Shown piece by piece: positions 38,705 through 47,682 of a DNA stretch of 64,000 bases. Location: positions 32,001-96,000 of the IMG/VR virus record IMGVR_UViG_3300011113_000257. One strand, written 5' to 3'. The DNA is from a virus. Below the pieces are notes generated by a model. That model saw nothing but the letters and a program-made list of their open reading frames with translations. It was not told the origin of the DNA and did not search any database. The position numbers were made by a program, and so were the translations under genes. Position 1 is the stretch's first letter. Every line of letters begins with the position of its first letter.

Positions 38705-38970
38705 GCCTCCAACCACTAACAGGTTCAGGTATCCAATTAGATACAGTAACCAATACTGCTCCAGTAGAACCCGGAGACCACGACAAGTTTGCGCACTATG
38801 CTCCAAAAGATGAGATTACCTACGCACTTATTTACGGCGTTCCAATCATTGCTCTTTGCGGTAAGCAGTGGATTCCATCCAGAGACCCCAAGGGTTTTAG
38901 TATCTGCCCTGCTTGCAAAGAAATTTACGAACAACTATCTGAAGACAATCCTGACGACTACATGTCTTGA
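38701..38970 (+). CDS. DUF3039 family protein
   Basis: GDHDKFAHY..G.P..ALCGK.W.P.RDP....CP.CKEIY. Confidence 0.85.
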   Translation: MSLQPLTGSGIQLDTVTNTAPVEPGDHDKFAHYAPKDEITYALIYGVPIIALCGKQWIPSRDPKGFSICPACKEIYEQLSEDNPDDYMS

Positions 38971-39046
38971 TAAACTAGACGTTGACATACGTTTGGCATA
39001 GTAAATAGGACTGTGCCTGTTTGTAACTGGAAGTACAGGCAGGAAT

Positions 39047-39994
39047 ATGAAGAAATACAATGCGCTTATCTGCGCACTCATTTTAGTTATTGGAGCCTCG
39101 GCTGTCCCAGCCTTAGGTCTTAATAGAGGCGATTACCAATTAAAAGAATCTAAATCTAACCAAGTAATTAAAACTGGTAAATGGACTACTTTAAATTTTA
39201 AGGGCGATGACTCCCTTAAAAGAACAAAAAACTACCGAACCCTGTTCTGCACAAAGGTTCATCTTGATACCAGAAAAGGTTCTCCCACCTATGTGAAGGT
39301 ACGCTTTGCTCGCGTCAAAGGCGGACCAAATGACACCACTGGAACAAATACTTGGGTCACCAAAGGGTTTACAGGTAGATATTGGCAAGGCGCTCTGTGC
39401 TGGACTATAGACACAAAATACCCGATTGTAGCCCAAATCAAGATTGAAGGACCTAAGAAAACCTACACTTCACACCTTCGTCAGTTCAAGGCTTGGTCTC
39501 CACCTTATGAACTCCCGGCTGATATGACAACACCCGCTCCAACTGCTACGGTGGATGTAGTTCAATAGAGTAAAATAAAACTCTACTTAGAAAGGACGAC
39601 AATGACTGTTGAATATGTTTCATGGAAAGCAGGCGACCCAAAGATTAAACCTGCTCCACAGGTAATCAAGCCTAAGACTTGGACACAACTAGATTTTGGT
39701 GCACAAGATTCAATTGTTCCTAAAAACTCAGGTATTGCTAACTGGGCATTTTACTTAAACGTAAGCAAAGATGGCGGAGCAAAGCATATGAAGATTCGCT
39801 TTACTCGCGATATCGGAACTAAGGATGCAGACTTTACTGGTCAGCGTATGCTCGACCTAACATTAGACAACATCCACTCAGGTACTTGGTTCTTTAAGGC
39901 TAACAAGGGTCAACCAGTTGGTCTTGAGGTTTACCACGAAGGAACAACCGCAATGACAATCATCACTCGTGAATTGAAGATGTGGATTCCGTAA
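39047..39994 (+). CDS. Two tandem paralogous beta-rich proteins (39047-39568 with signal peptide; 39602-39994)
   Basis: Shared Q.IK...WT.L.F...D and RF.R.....D.TG motifs. Confidence 0.6.
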
Positions 39995-40547
39995 CCTTTA
40001 ATCTGAAGAGGCGGTAGATTTTTCTACCGTCTTTTCTTTTTTTCCAAACACGGAAGAATCCAAGTTCAGAACCAATCACGCGAACTCTTTTATAAACTCC
40101 TGTGCGGGTTCCTTCTGTATCAGAACCTGCTTGGTCACTTGTTGTATCACCCTCGACAACTTCATAACCAACTGTTAACCCCCACTTGCGAACCACCCCA
40201 ACAACAATACCTACATGCGTTGCTCTTCCTTCTTTCTCGAAGTCATAGAACGCTAGGTCTCCTTCTTTAACTCTCCACCATTGTATCTGTTCAGAGTTTT
40301 TAAGTAAGTGTTCATAACCAATATTACAAGACGCAAACCCTTTTTTACTTGAAACTTCAACTAACTCACTTGCACCGATTTTTGCAAAGCACCACGAAAC
40401 GAACATGGCAGAGTATGGATTGTTGTTTAACCCGTACCACTTTCCGTACTTACTATCTCGATTAGGTCCGTTGGTGTAACCAACCTCTTCTAAAGCGACA
40501 CTTATAAGTTCGGACTTGGAAGTTTTAATCTTCGGAGGATTCTGCAT
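39963..40547 (-). CDS. CHAP-domain protein with catalytic Cys replaced by Ser
   Basis: KYG.WYG..PYSAMFVSW, GDL.F.D, HVGIV, EGDT. Confidence 0.75.
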   Translation of the reverse strand: MQNPPKIKTSKSELISVALEEVGYTNGPNRDSKYGKWYGLNNNPYSAMFVSWCFAKIGASELVEVSSKKGFASCNIGYEHLLKNSEQIQWWRVKEGDLAFYDFEKEGRATHVGIVVGVVRKWGLTVGYEVVEGDTTSDQAGSDTEGTRTGVYKRVRVIGSELGFFRVWKKRKDGRKIYRLFRLKVTESTSSIHE

Positions 40548-40857
40548 TTTCCAGTTTCTTTTGCTCTTTACGTTCTTTCACAACATTCTCGACTGTCTTA
40601 TTCTTCCAGTGTACCGTCTTTACTCTGGACATATAGAACGAACGAAACACGGAGTACCCTTTTCGACCACCAACAACATCAATCCATTCAGCAGTTGGAG
40701 TCTTAACATGCTTAACAAATCTAAATCTACCTGCCTCACCAGTAATAGATAGTTCTGTACCAGCAACTACAGTTCGACCATTAACTTGAATCTCATTCTT
40801 TACTGTCCAAGTATCTGGATATGCTTTGGTTTTTCCCTTGCTAGATTTTTTCATCAT
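40525..40857 (-). CDS. Conserved actinophage hypothetical protein
   Basis: GE.GRFRF.KHV..EWID..FRSF; leaderless TGTCAGG-type promoter at 40864-40892. Confidence 0.7.
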   Translation of the reverse strand: MMKKSSKGKTKAYPDTWTVKNEIQVNGRTVVAGTELSITGEAGRFRFVKHVKTPTAEWIDVVGGRKGYSVFRSFYMSRVKTVHWKNKTVENVVKERKEQKKLENAESSED

Positions 40858-40944
40858 AGTTAAATCGTATCATACCTTCCTGACAAACGCAAATCCCCTG
40901 CGAGTTACAAGGTCTAAACTACTTTTTATGATACCGTTTACTCT

Positions 40945-42021
40945 ATGCCTGAAGTATCAATACCAAAGAGTGTACCAACTGCTGATGACTTATTTGGTGC
41001 AAAGACGAAACAACTTGCGCGTTTCTGCGAAGAACCAGCGTGGTCTGCCTATAACCCGTCTATTTGCTACACCGAAGAGCATGGCTACTTGGTACTCCTA
41101 CGCTCCTCAAACGGCTGGCTACGCGACCACAGACCAGAGTGGCAAGTAGAAACAGGTGAAGAACTTACCACCGAAGATTCTTATGAAACTCCCGGAGAAT
41201 GGTATCAGGCTTCATATATTAATTCCGTTTTAGGAACAGAGAAGTATTTTAGAAATAGAATGTTTCTTGCAAGTCTAAACACAAAAACACTTAATCTTTC
41301 TTACTTGAAAGAAATAGACCTAACTCAGGCTTACGCACAAGCCCCAGCAAAACTTATAAGAGGAATTGAAGATGGAAGACTCTACTACGACGGAGAAACG
41401 CTACGAATCTCTGCGACGGTATTTGAAATTGGGCACATTAATGTTGCTCGTATTTGTTCTGTTGAACTGGACTTAAGCGGAGATAGCCCACGCGGTGTTT
41501 CTTTTGAGATGTTTGATTCTCCTATTAATGAAGACACCGTTGAGAAAAACTGGATGCCTGTTCACAAGTCATCTATTTTTAATCCAGATGATGTTAATTT
41601 TGATTATCTCTATTCTTCAGGAAAGACTTACACGATTAAAGACCACTCCCTCAAAGAAGTTGGTGGACCAGCACCATCCGTTAGAGGTGGCTCACAACTT
41701 ATCGGTTTAGAGAATGGAACTATGTTAAGCATTGTTCATCAGTGCGTTTCAGCCGAGTACATCAGATTTGCTAACCTAAGCAAGGAAGCACTATTCCGTC
41801 GTCGCTATGTTCACCGCTTTATGCAATACGACGAAAAGGGAAGAATCATTAAAGTTTCCGATATGTTTAACTTCCTAAACAAGTCAATAGAGTTTGCAGG
41901 TGGAATGGCAATCCACGAAAACAAACTGCTAGTTAGTTTCGGTGCCCTAGATTCATCAGCACACATAGCATCCATCCCCCTTAAAAACGTCTTGGCGAAT
42001 CTTCGTCCTCCTCGTATTTAA
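40945..42021 (+). CDS. Five-bladed beta-propeller glycosidase/phosphorylase-like protein (GH130-like)
   Basis: YNPSI, EDGRL, EKNWMP, RGGS and IEFAGG motifs. Confidence 0.65.
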   Translation: MPEVSIPKSVPTADDLFGAKTKQLARFCEEPAWSAYNPSICYTEEHGYLVLLRSSNGWLRDHRPEWQVETGEELTTEDSYETPGEWYQASYINSVLGTEKYFRNRMFLASLNTKTLNLSYLKEIDLTQAYAQAPAKLIRGIEDGRLYYDGETLRISATVFEIGHINVARICSVELDLSGDSPRGVSFEMFDSPINEDTVEKNWMPVHKSSIFNPDDVNFDYLYSSGKTYTIKDHSLKEVGGPAPSVRGGSQLIGLENGTMLSIVHQCVSAEYIRFANLSKEALFRRRYVHRFMQYDEKGRIIKVSDMFNFLNKSIEFAGGMAIHENKLLVSFGALDSSAHIASIPLKNVLANLRPPRI

Positions 42022-42066
42022 GTCCTATGAAGTCGACAAAATCGAACTTTACATTATAGAGGAACA

Positions 42067-42444
42067 ATGGTACTTAGCGGAGAAGACGACGACAACGAGT
42101 CTGAAAAAGATGTAGAAGATGTAATTGACTTCCTCGTTGCAACAGGTGCTTTAGAACTCACCTCTATAGATAAAAACGGAGACCCTGTTTACAGGATTAC
42201 TAGTATTTGTAAAGACTTGTTTCCCGATTTGTATTATGAACATATGAGACAAGCAGATGACACCTCCTTTGCTTTATGGCAAAAAGGTTTACTAGAAATT
42301 GCTTTTGGTGAAGATGGTACTAACTATGTCACGATGACCGCAGAGAACTACTTAAAGTATTTAGATATTGCTGACGAGTTATCCGAAGAAGAGGAAAGCG
42401 TTATGTTTGTCTTAATAAATAAGAACATCTTGGACGCTCAGTAA
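42067..42444 (+). CDS. Acidic hypothetical protein
   Basis: ORF track. Confidence 0.6.
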   Translation: MVLSGEDDDNESEKDVEDVIDFLVATGALELTSIDKNGDPVYRITSICKDLFPDLYYEHMRQADDTSFALWQKGLLEIAFGEDGTNYVTMTAENYLKYLDIADELSEEEESVMFVLINKNILDAQ

Positions 42445-42482
42445 AACTTGACACCACTCTAGGCTTTTTGTAGCCTATACAT

Positions 42483-42662
42483 AGTTCTTGATGTATTAGG
42501 TGTTTTCTGCCAGTTCTACTAATACACCAAGACTTTTCGCAGAAATGTGGTTTGTTCTCCTTTCCTACATTTTTTTGGAAGCGGGTTGCTCCGCCACTTG
42601 CGAACACGGAGCATATATAAAAACCGCCCCACCGAATTTAATTCTGCGTAGGGCGGTTTATT
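42483..42662 (+). ncRNA. Candidate three-hairpin small RNA with anti-RBS loop, plus terminator
   Basis: Promoter TTGACA(42448)-N17-TAGCCT(42471); three stems; loop 2 is TTTGTTCTCCTTTC; terminator 42621-42663. Confidence 0.7.
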
Positions 42663-42671
42663 TATTAAGTT

Positions 42672-43193
42672 TTATAGTCTTCTAAACTGGATTTTCTTAC
42701 TCCAGATTTTTTCAATTTTTACTACTCCACCAGGCTTCGGAGAATGTAAAACTTTTCCGTTTCCTGCGTAGATTGCGACGTGGTAAATATGACCACCTGA
42801 CGAAAAGAAAAATACCAAGTCACCGACCTTAGCATCGCTACGAGCAATCTTTTTTGACTGCTTGTATTGACCTCCAGTGGTTCTTGCTACTTCCTTACCT
42901 TTCTTCTTGTAGATGTACTGAGTAAACCCAGAACAGTCAAAACAGTTAGGACCTGTTCCACCTTTGCAGTAAGGGGTTCCTAAATACTTTAGACCAGTTT
43001 TGTATGTGGATAGAAGGTTTGCTAAAAGGCTTTGATTAGCCCTAGCCTTACTTTTTATTTCTCCTAGACTTATATTCGACTTTACTGATAATTCATTAGC
43101 GTTGGCTTGACCCTGGGCTACTGGTGGCGATACGACCATGACGGACATAAGAAGCGCAGTAACGGTGGTCAAAACCTTGGTTCTGACTAACAT
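42672..43193 (-). CDS. Secreted NlpC/P60 peptidase
   Basis: Signal peptide; LGTPY..GG..FDCSG, GDLVFF, HVAIY.G, HS. Confidence 0.92.
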   Translation of the reverse strand: MLVRTKVLTTVTALLMSVMVVSPPVAQGQANANELSVKSNISLGEIKSKARANQSLLANLLSTYKTGLKYLGTPYCKGGTGPNCFDCSGFTQYIYKKKGKEVARTTGGQYKQSKKIARSDAKVGDLVFFFSSGGHIYHVAIYAGNGKVLHSPKPGGVVKIEKIWSKKIQFRRL

Positions 43194-43344
43194 AGGCTTT
43201 AAGTTTACCAGACTGGTATAATATTCGGCAAATCCAAACCTTACAAACCCCACTAAAACGGTTTTTGGATTTGTCGTCTTCTAAAGTTTTTTATCCAGTG
43301 AAGTCTGAAAAAATGACTTTTCTATTATATAGAAATCAAAACTG

Positions 43345-44088
43345 TTACTTTTTCTTCTTCTTTTTACTGTTTGGGTTATATCCAAGAGCCTTTTTCTGCG
43401 TAGCAAGCCACTCATCGTAGTTTGATTCAACAACCCATACTTGCTTATGATGCCCAAATACAGCCCCTGTATGAGCCACCATAGGGATTTTAAGAGACTG
43501 TACGCGCTCACAGAAGGTTAAATCCTCAGAGAGCCACTTGTTATCCCCAATCGGACCGTCTTGGAACCAAGCCCAATCCTCACCAAAATGCTTGCTGTAC
43601 CCCTTACGGACTTCCTCAAGCACGGAACGGTGAATCATCATTGCACCAGTTCCCGCTGCATAAATCTCAACTAAGGAATTCTTTGGATAGTTGTAAAAAG
43701 GTTGAACACCTAACTCCCCACCAAGGTTCACAAAGATAAGCGGAATAGGTTCTAACTTCCCTGGCTCTGGAACACTACCTGCGAAGTAGAGTCCGCTAAC
43801 AAAAGGATAAACGTCTTTGTCTGCACTGTTCACAAGTTTCTCAAAACCGTCTTGACTGATGTGCTCATCAGCATCAACCATAAACAACCAGTCATCTGTT
43901 GTTGAATCAAGAAAGTTTTTTACTTGAATGTTTCGACTTTTGGCTAATAAACCTAGCCCCTGAACACTATGAAAGTTGCCTACTCTTTTAGGATTATTCC
44001 TAATCAATTCCATTATACTATGCGCAAAGAACGCATCAACATCACCGTGGTGACACCAACTAATACATACTGTTTCGTTATCCTGCAT
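43345..44088 (-). CDS. GT-A fold (family 2-like) glycosyltransferase
   Basis: SRN, WLFMVDAD, GTGAMMIHRSV, SEDLTFC, GHHK; leaderless start at 44088. Confidence 0.82.
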   Translation of the reverse strand: MQDNETVCISWCHHGDVDAFFAHSIMELIRNNPKRVGNFHSVQGLGLLAKSRNIQVKNFLDSTTDDWLFMVDADEHISQDGFEKLVNSADKDVYPFVSGLYFAGSVPEPGKLEPIPLIFVNLGGELGVQPFYNYPKNSLVEIYAAGTGAMMIHRSVLEEVRKGYSKHFGEDWAWFQDGPIGDNKWLSEDLTFCERVQSLKIPMVAHTGAVFGHHKQVWVVESNYDEWLATQKKALGYNPNSKKKKKK

Positions 44089-44146
44089 GGAAAAACAATA
44101 GCACAGTCGTCTTGTTATCTCCATCCAACAGGCGTATGATTTCCCT

Positions 44147-45247
44147 ATGACTGACGAAATATGGCACAAATTAGAACGCTCAAACTCACCCCTGACTTCT
44201 CAAGTGCAGATGGATGATGTTACAGAGAACCTAATCAAACCATTTGACTATCAGTCAGAAGGTGAAGAATCCTTCTACCCATATCTAGTCCCTCTAGATA
44301 TTCCTAAGGACTTCGGTATCGGAGTCATTGTTGGAGCCTCTGGCACGGGCAAGTCGACTCTTCTCAAATCATTTGGTAACCCAGTACATCCCGAATGGTC
44401 AGCACAATCTATCGCTTCTCACTTTGAGAGCGCAGTAGAGGCAAATGAGAAGTTCTCGGCGGCGGGTTTAATGTCCGTGCCAGACTGGGTAAAGCCTTAC
44501 AGCGTCTTATCTACTGGTCAGCAATTCCGAGCAGACCTTGCTCGCTCGCTTCACGACGGCGCAGTCATTGACGAGTTCACTTCTGTTATTGATAGAACTG
44601 TTGCCAAGGCAGCGTCTACGGCTATGTCTCGGTATGTACGCAAAAACGGAATACGCAACATTGTTCTAGCAACCTGCCACAGAGATGTCCTTGAGTATTT
44701 AGAGCCAGACTGGGTTATTTACACAGACCGTGGCGAGTGGACTACTGGGAGGTCACTTCGGCGACCAGAACTGGACATCACGATTTATCCTTGCTCAAAC
44801 GAAGTTTGGGGCTACTTCGCTAAGCACCACTATTTATCCGAATCGCTCAACAAGTCAGCACACTGCTACTTGGCATTCAGCGATGGAAAAGTAGTTGGCT
44901 TCGTTGCTTCACTGGCGTACCCCTCAGGAAGCGTACAGAACGCTTACAGAGAGCACCGCTTAGTAATCCACCCTGATTATCAGGGCTTTGGCATTGGTCC
45001 ACGTCTTTCCGAAGTTATAGCCAACCACTACATTAGTAACGGCAAGCGTTACTTCTCAAAGACTTCCCACCCCCGTCTAGGTGGATACCGCGACCAGTCC
45101 CCTGTATGGAAGCCAACCTCAAAGAACCACATGAAACGAAAAGACGGACAAGACGCTACAAAAACACGGTGGACTATTAATCCTGACCGTTGGTCTTATT
45201 CTCACGAATTCATCGGAGAGCCCGGAAAAATCGATTCTAAGATATAA
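44147..45247 (+). CDS. ABC-type ATPase fused to Mom-like GNAT acetyltransferase
   Basis: GASGTGKS, LSTGQ, IDEFTS, TCH; then HHYL and RLVIHPDYQGFGIG. Confidence 0.82.
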   Translation: MTDEIWHKLERSNSPLTSQVQMDDVTENLIKPFDYQSEGEESFYPYLVPLDIPKDFGIGVIVGASGTGKSTLLKSFGNPVHPEWSAQSIASHFESAVEANEKFSAAGLMSVPDWVKPYSVLSTGQQFRADLARSLHDGAVIDEFTSVIDRTVAKAASTAMSRYVRKNGIRNIVLATCHRDVLEYLEPDWVIYTDRGEWTTGRSLRRPELDITIYPCSNEVWGYFAKHHYLSESLNKSAHCYLAFSDGKVVGFVASLAYPSGSVQNAYREHRLVIHPDYQGFGIGPRLSEVIANHYISNGKRYFSKTSHPRLGGYRDQSPVWKPTSKNHMKRKDGQDATKTRWTINPDRWSYSHEFIGEPGKIDSKI

Positions 45248-45388
45248 TAAGTACAATTATTTATGTGCTTATACACATAAAGTTATCCACAGGCTAAAAG
45301 TGGCGTGTTTGATGGCTTATGGACATAACCATCGTATACACTTAAACTTAAGTGTTTACGTTTTATTGCCTAAGAAAGGGCGCAAACA

Positions 45389-45664
45389 ATGGATATTAAT
45401 TGGAGATTACCGTTTGAAATCTTAGCCGAACTGTTTTTGTTCGTTTTAGGGTGGACTTTAGTTGCAGTAATGGCTTTTATTACATTTGCAATTGTTCTTG
45501 GTTTAGCAAAAGGAACTAAGCAAGTCATTGTTGGAAGTAGAAAAGAAAAGAAAGCAAAGGTAGAAGAAGAAGAACCTATTCAACCTATGCTTGGTGTTAT
45601 TGAGCCCCCAGACAATCTAACTAATCTCCAACTCAAAAGACTCTTTGAGCGTGGAGCAGACTAA
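45389..45664 (+). CDS. Small membrane protein
   Basis: N-terminal hydrophobic helix; RBS GAAAGGG. Confidence 0.6.
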   Translation: MDINWRLPFEILAELFLFVLGWTLVAVMAFITFAIVLGLAKGTKQVIVGSRKEKKAKVEEEEPIQPMLGVIEPPDNLTNLQLKRLFERGAD

Positions 45665-46052
45665 CCGACCTTCGTGGGATAACTACTACTTAGATATTGC
45701 TAAGGCTGTCTCGGCAAGAGGCGATTGCATTCGCGCTCAACACGGAGCAGTAATTGTAAAAGACCACAAGATTGTATCCACTGGATATAATGGAACTCCA
45801 GCAGGGGATGAACGCTCCTGCGGTGCTACAGGTCAATGCCCAAGGGCTCTTGATTACTCGTCGGAACACTCAAAGGGTCAATATGACCTATGTTGGAGTA
45901 CCCACGCAGAGTCAAACGCGCTTCTACGGGCTTCCTGGAGCGACCTTCAGAACGCAACTATCTATATAACTGGTCAACCTTGCCCCGGTTGCTCAAAACT
46001 AATCGCATCATCAGGAGTAAGCAGAGTCATATGGGAAAGAGACCAACAATAA
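45645..46052 (+). CDS. dCMP deaminase
   Basis: RPSWD.Y, TGYNG, HAE.NA, PC..C. Confidence 0.92.
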   Translation: MSVEQTNRPSWDNYYLDIAKAVSARGDCIRAQHGAVIVKDHKIVSTGYNGTPAGDERSCGATGQCPRALDYSSEHSKGQYDLCWSTHAESNALLRASWSDLQNATIYITGQPCPGCSKLIASSGVSRVIWERDQQ

Positions 46053-46756
46053 TGGATGCCACATTCAGTTCAGAAATGACAGTAGAACTTGTCAAGCACA
46101 GCGCTTCTGATTCAGACATTGCTTTCGCTGCCAGAGTCTCTACCCAAGGTGAGCGCTCTAAAGAAACCACCATGGGAGAGATTGGTGGTCTGATTAACTT
46201 TCTAATGCGCGAGAGACACGGCTCCCCATTCGAGCACTCTACGATGACTTTCTATGTCAAGGCTCCAATCTTTGTTTGGCGTGAGCATATGCGTCATCGC
46301 ATGGCAAGTTACAACGAAGAATCAGGACGCTACAAGACACTAGAGCCACACTTCTATGTTCCAGACAAAGACCGTAAGTTAGTCCAGATTGGAAAGACTG
46401 GCTCTTACACATTTGAAGAGGGAACTCTTATGCAATACGGAAGCGTGCTTGCTGGATATCTTAAAGGCTCTAAGGCTTCATACGAAGCGTACTTAAAGAT
46501 GCTTGAGTCTGGTATTGCTAAAGAAGTTGCTCGCGGAGTTCTACCAGTGAATATTTACTCCAGTGCTTATGTAACTATGAATGCTCGTGCGCTTATGAAC
46601 TTTCTTAGTCTGCGTAAGTCTGACCCTGAATCGCACTTTCCTTCCTACCCCCAGCGAGAGATTGAGATGGTTGCGGAGCAGTACGAAGAAATCTTTAAAA
46701 CTTTGATGCCACTTACCTACAATGCTTTTGTTAAGAATGGAAGAGTTGCACCTTGA
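46052..46756 (+). CDS. thyX: Flavin-dependent thymidylate synthase
   Basis: AARVS, HGSPFEH, RHR..SYNEESGRY, E.AR.VLP and NAR.L.NF..LR motifs. Confidence 0.95.
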   Translation: MDATFSSEMTVELVKHSASDSDIAFAARVSTQGERSKETTMGEIGGLINFLMRERHGSPFEHSTMTFYVKAPIFVWREHMRHRMASYNEESGRYKTLEPHFYVPDKDRKLVQIGKTGSYTFEEGTLMQYGSVLAGYLKGSKASYEAYLKMLESGIAKEVARGVLPVNIYSSAYVTMNARALMNFLSLRKSDPESHFPSYPQREIEMVAEQYEEIFKTLMPLTYNAFVKNGRVAP

Positions 46757-47682
46757 CTTATCCAACCATCTCAGACTTAGGCGGTGAGGCTCACCTTATT
46801 CGCAGGTACGCCATGCCTCCTAATAAGAGTTGGAGCGCGTTCAATCCATCGATAGTACTTTCTAATGAAGGAGAGTATTGGATTGCATTCAGAGCAAGTA
46901 ACTATATTTTTTCTGACACAAGAATATCTGTAAAACTTACAGCAGGTAATAGAGTACGAAACAAGATGTTTATTGTTCGTCTCAAGGATGACTGGTCGTT
47001 TGATGAAGAGACCCTAAAAGAAATTACTGTAACTAATGTTAGAGACAACATCATTAGAGGGTTAGAAGACCCAAGACTTTTCTGGGATGGAACAAGTTAT
47101 TGTATTAGTTCTACCTATCTAGAAAAAGATAATCCAATAGCAAGAATTTCAAAGATAAGAATTAAATCTTTAGAAGACCCTGAAGTTTTATCTATAGAAA
47201 TCTACCCGTCTCCCAAAAATCAAATTGAGAAAAACTGGATGCCAGTACAAGATACAGAATCTTTTATCTATGATTACTGTTCCGTGGTTACTAATGGACA
47301 GGTCATACAGCACAGCGTAAATAAGAAGTACGAAACATTTAGAGGTGGTACTCAGGTAATACCGCTCGGAGACGGAACAAGTATTGCACTTATTCACGAA
47401 ATCTACTCGGTAGTCGTTAGAGCAGTCAATCCAACAACTTTTTCATCTACAACAAATGTAAGAAACTATAGTCATAAATTTGTTAGATACAACAAAGACT
47501 TAAAACCAATTCAGTGCTCAGAAGACTTTATCTTTGTAAAAGAAGGAATTGAGTTTGCTTCTGGCATAGCGCCTATAAAAGATGGATTTGTTATTAGTTT
47601 AGGCAGGTCAGATTTGGCTTCGTATGTGGCAACCATAAGTAAAGAAAATGTACTAGCAACACTTAAGGATTTAGATGTCTAA
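46753..47682 (+). CDS. Second GH130-like beta-propeller protein
   Basis: FNPSI, GLEDPRL, EKNWMP, RGGT and IEFASG motifs. Confidence 0.65.
   Translation: MTYPTISDLGGEAHLIRRYAMPPNKSWSAFNPSIVLSNEGEYWIAFRASNYIFSDTRISVKLTAGNRVRNKMFIVRLKDDWSFDEETLKEITVTNVRDNIIRGLEDPRLFWDGTSYCISSTYLEKDNPIARISKIRIKSLEDPEVLSIEIYPSPKNQIEKNWMPVQDTESFIYDYCSVVTNGQVIQHSVNKKYETFRGGTQVIPLGDGTSIALIHEIYSVVVRAVNPTTFSSTTNVRNYSHKFVRYNKDLKPIQCSEDFIFVKEGIEFASGIAPIKDGFVISLGRSDLASYVATISKENVLATLKDLDV

Noticed and set aside
42401-42685. ORFs 42401-42607 (-) and 42500-42685 (+)
   Set aside because: No RBS, implausible composition, and they run through promoter or terminator signals; a structured RNA explains the region better
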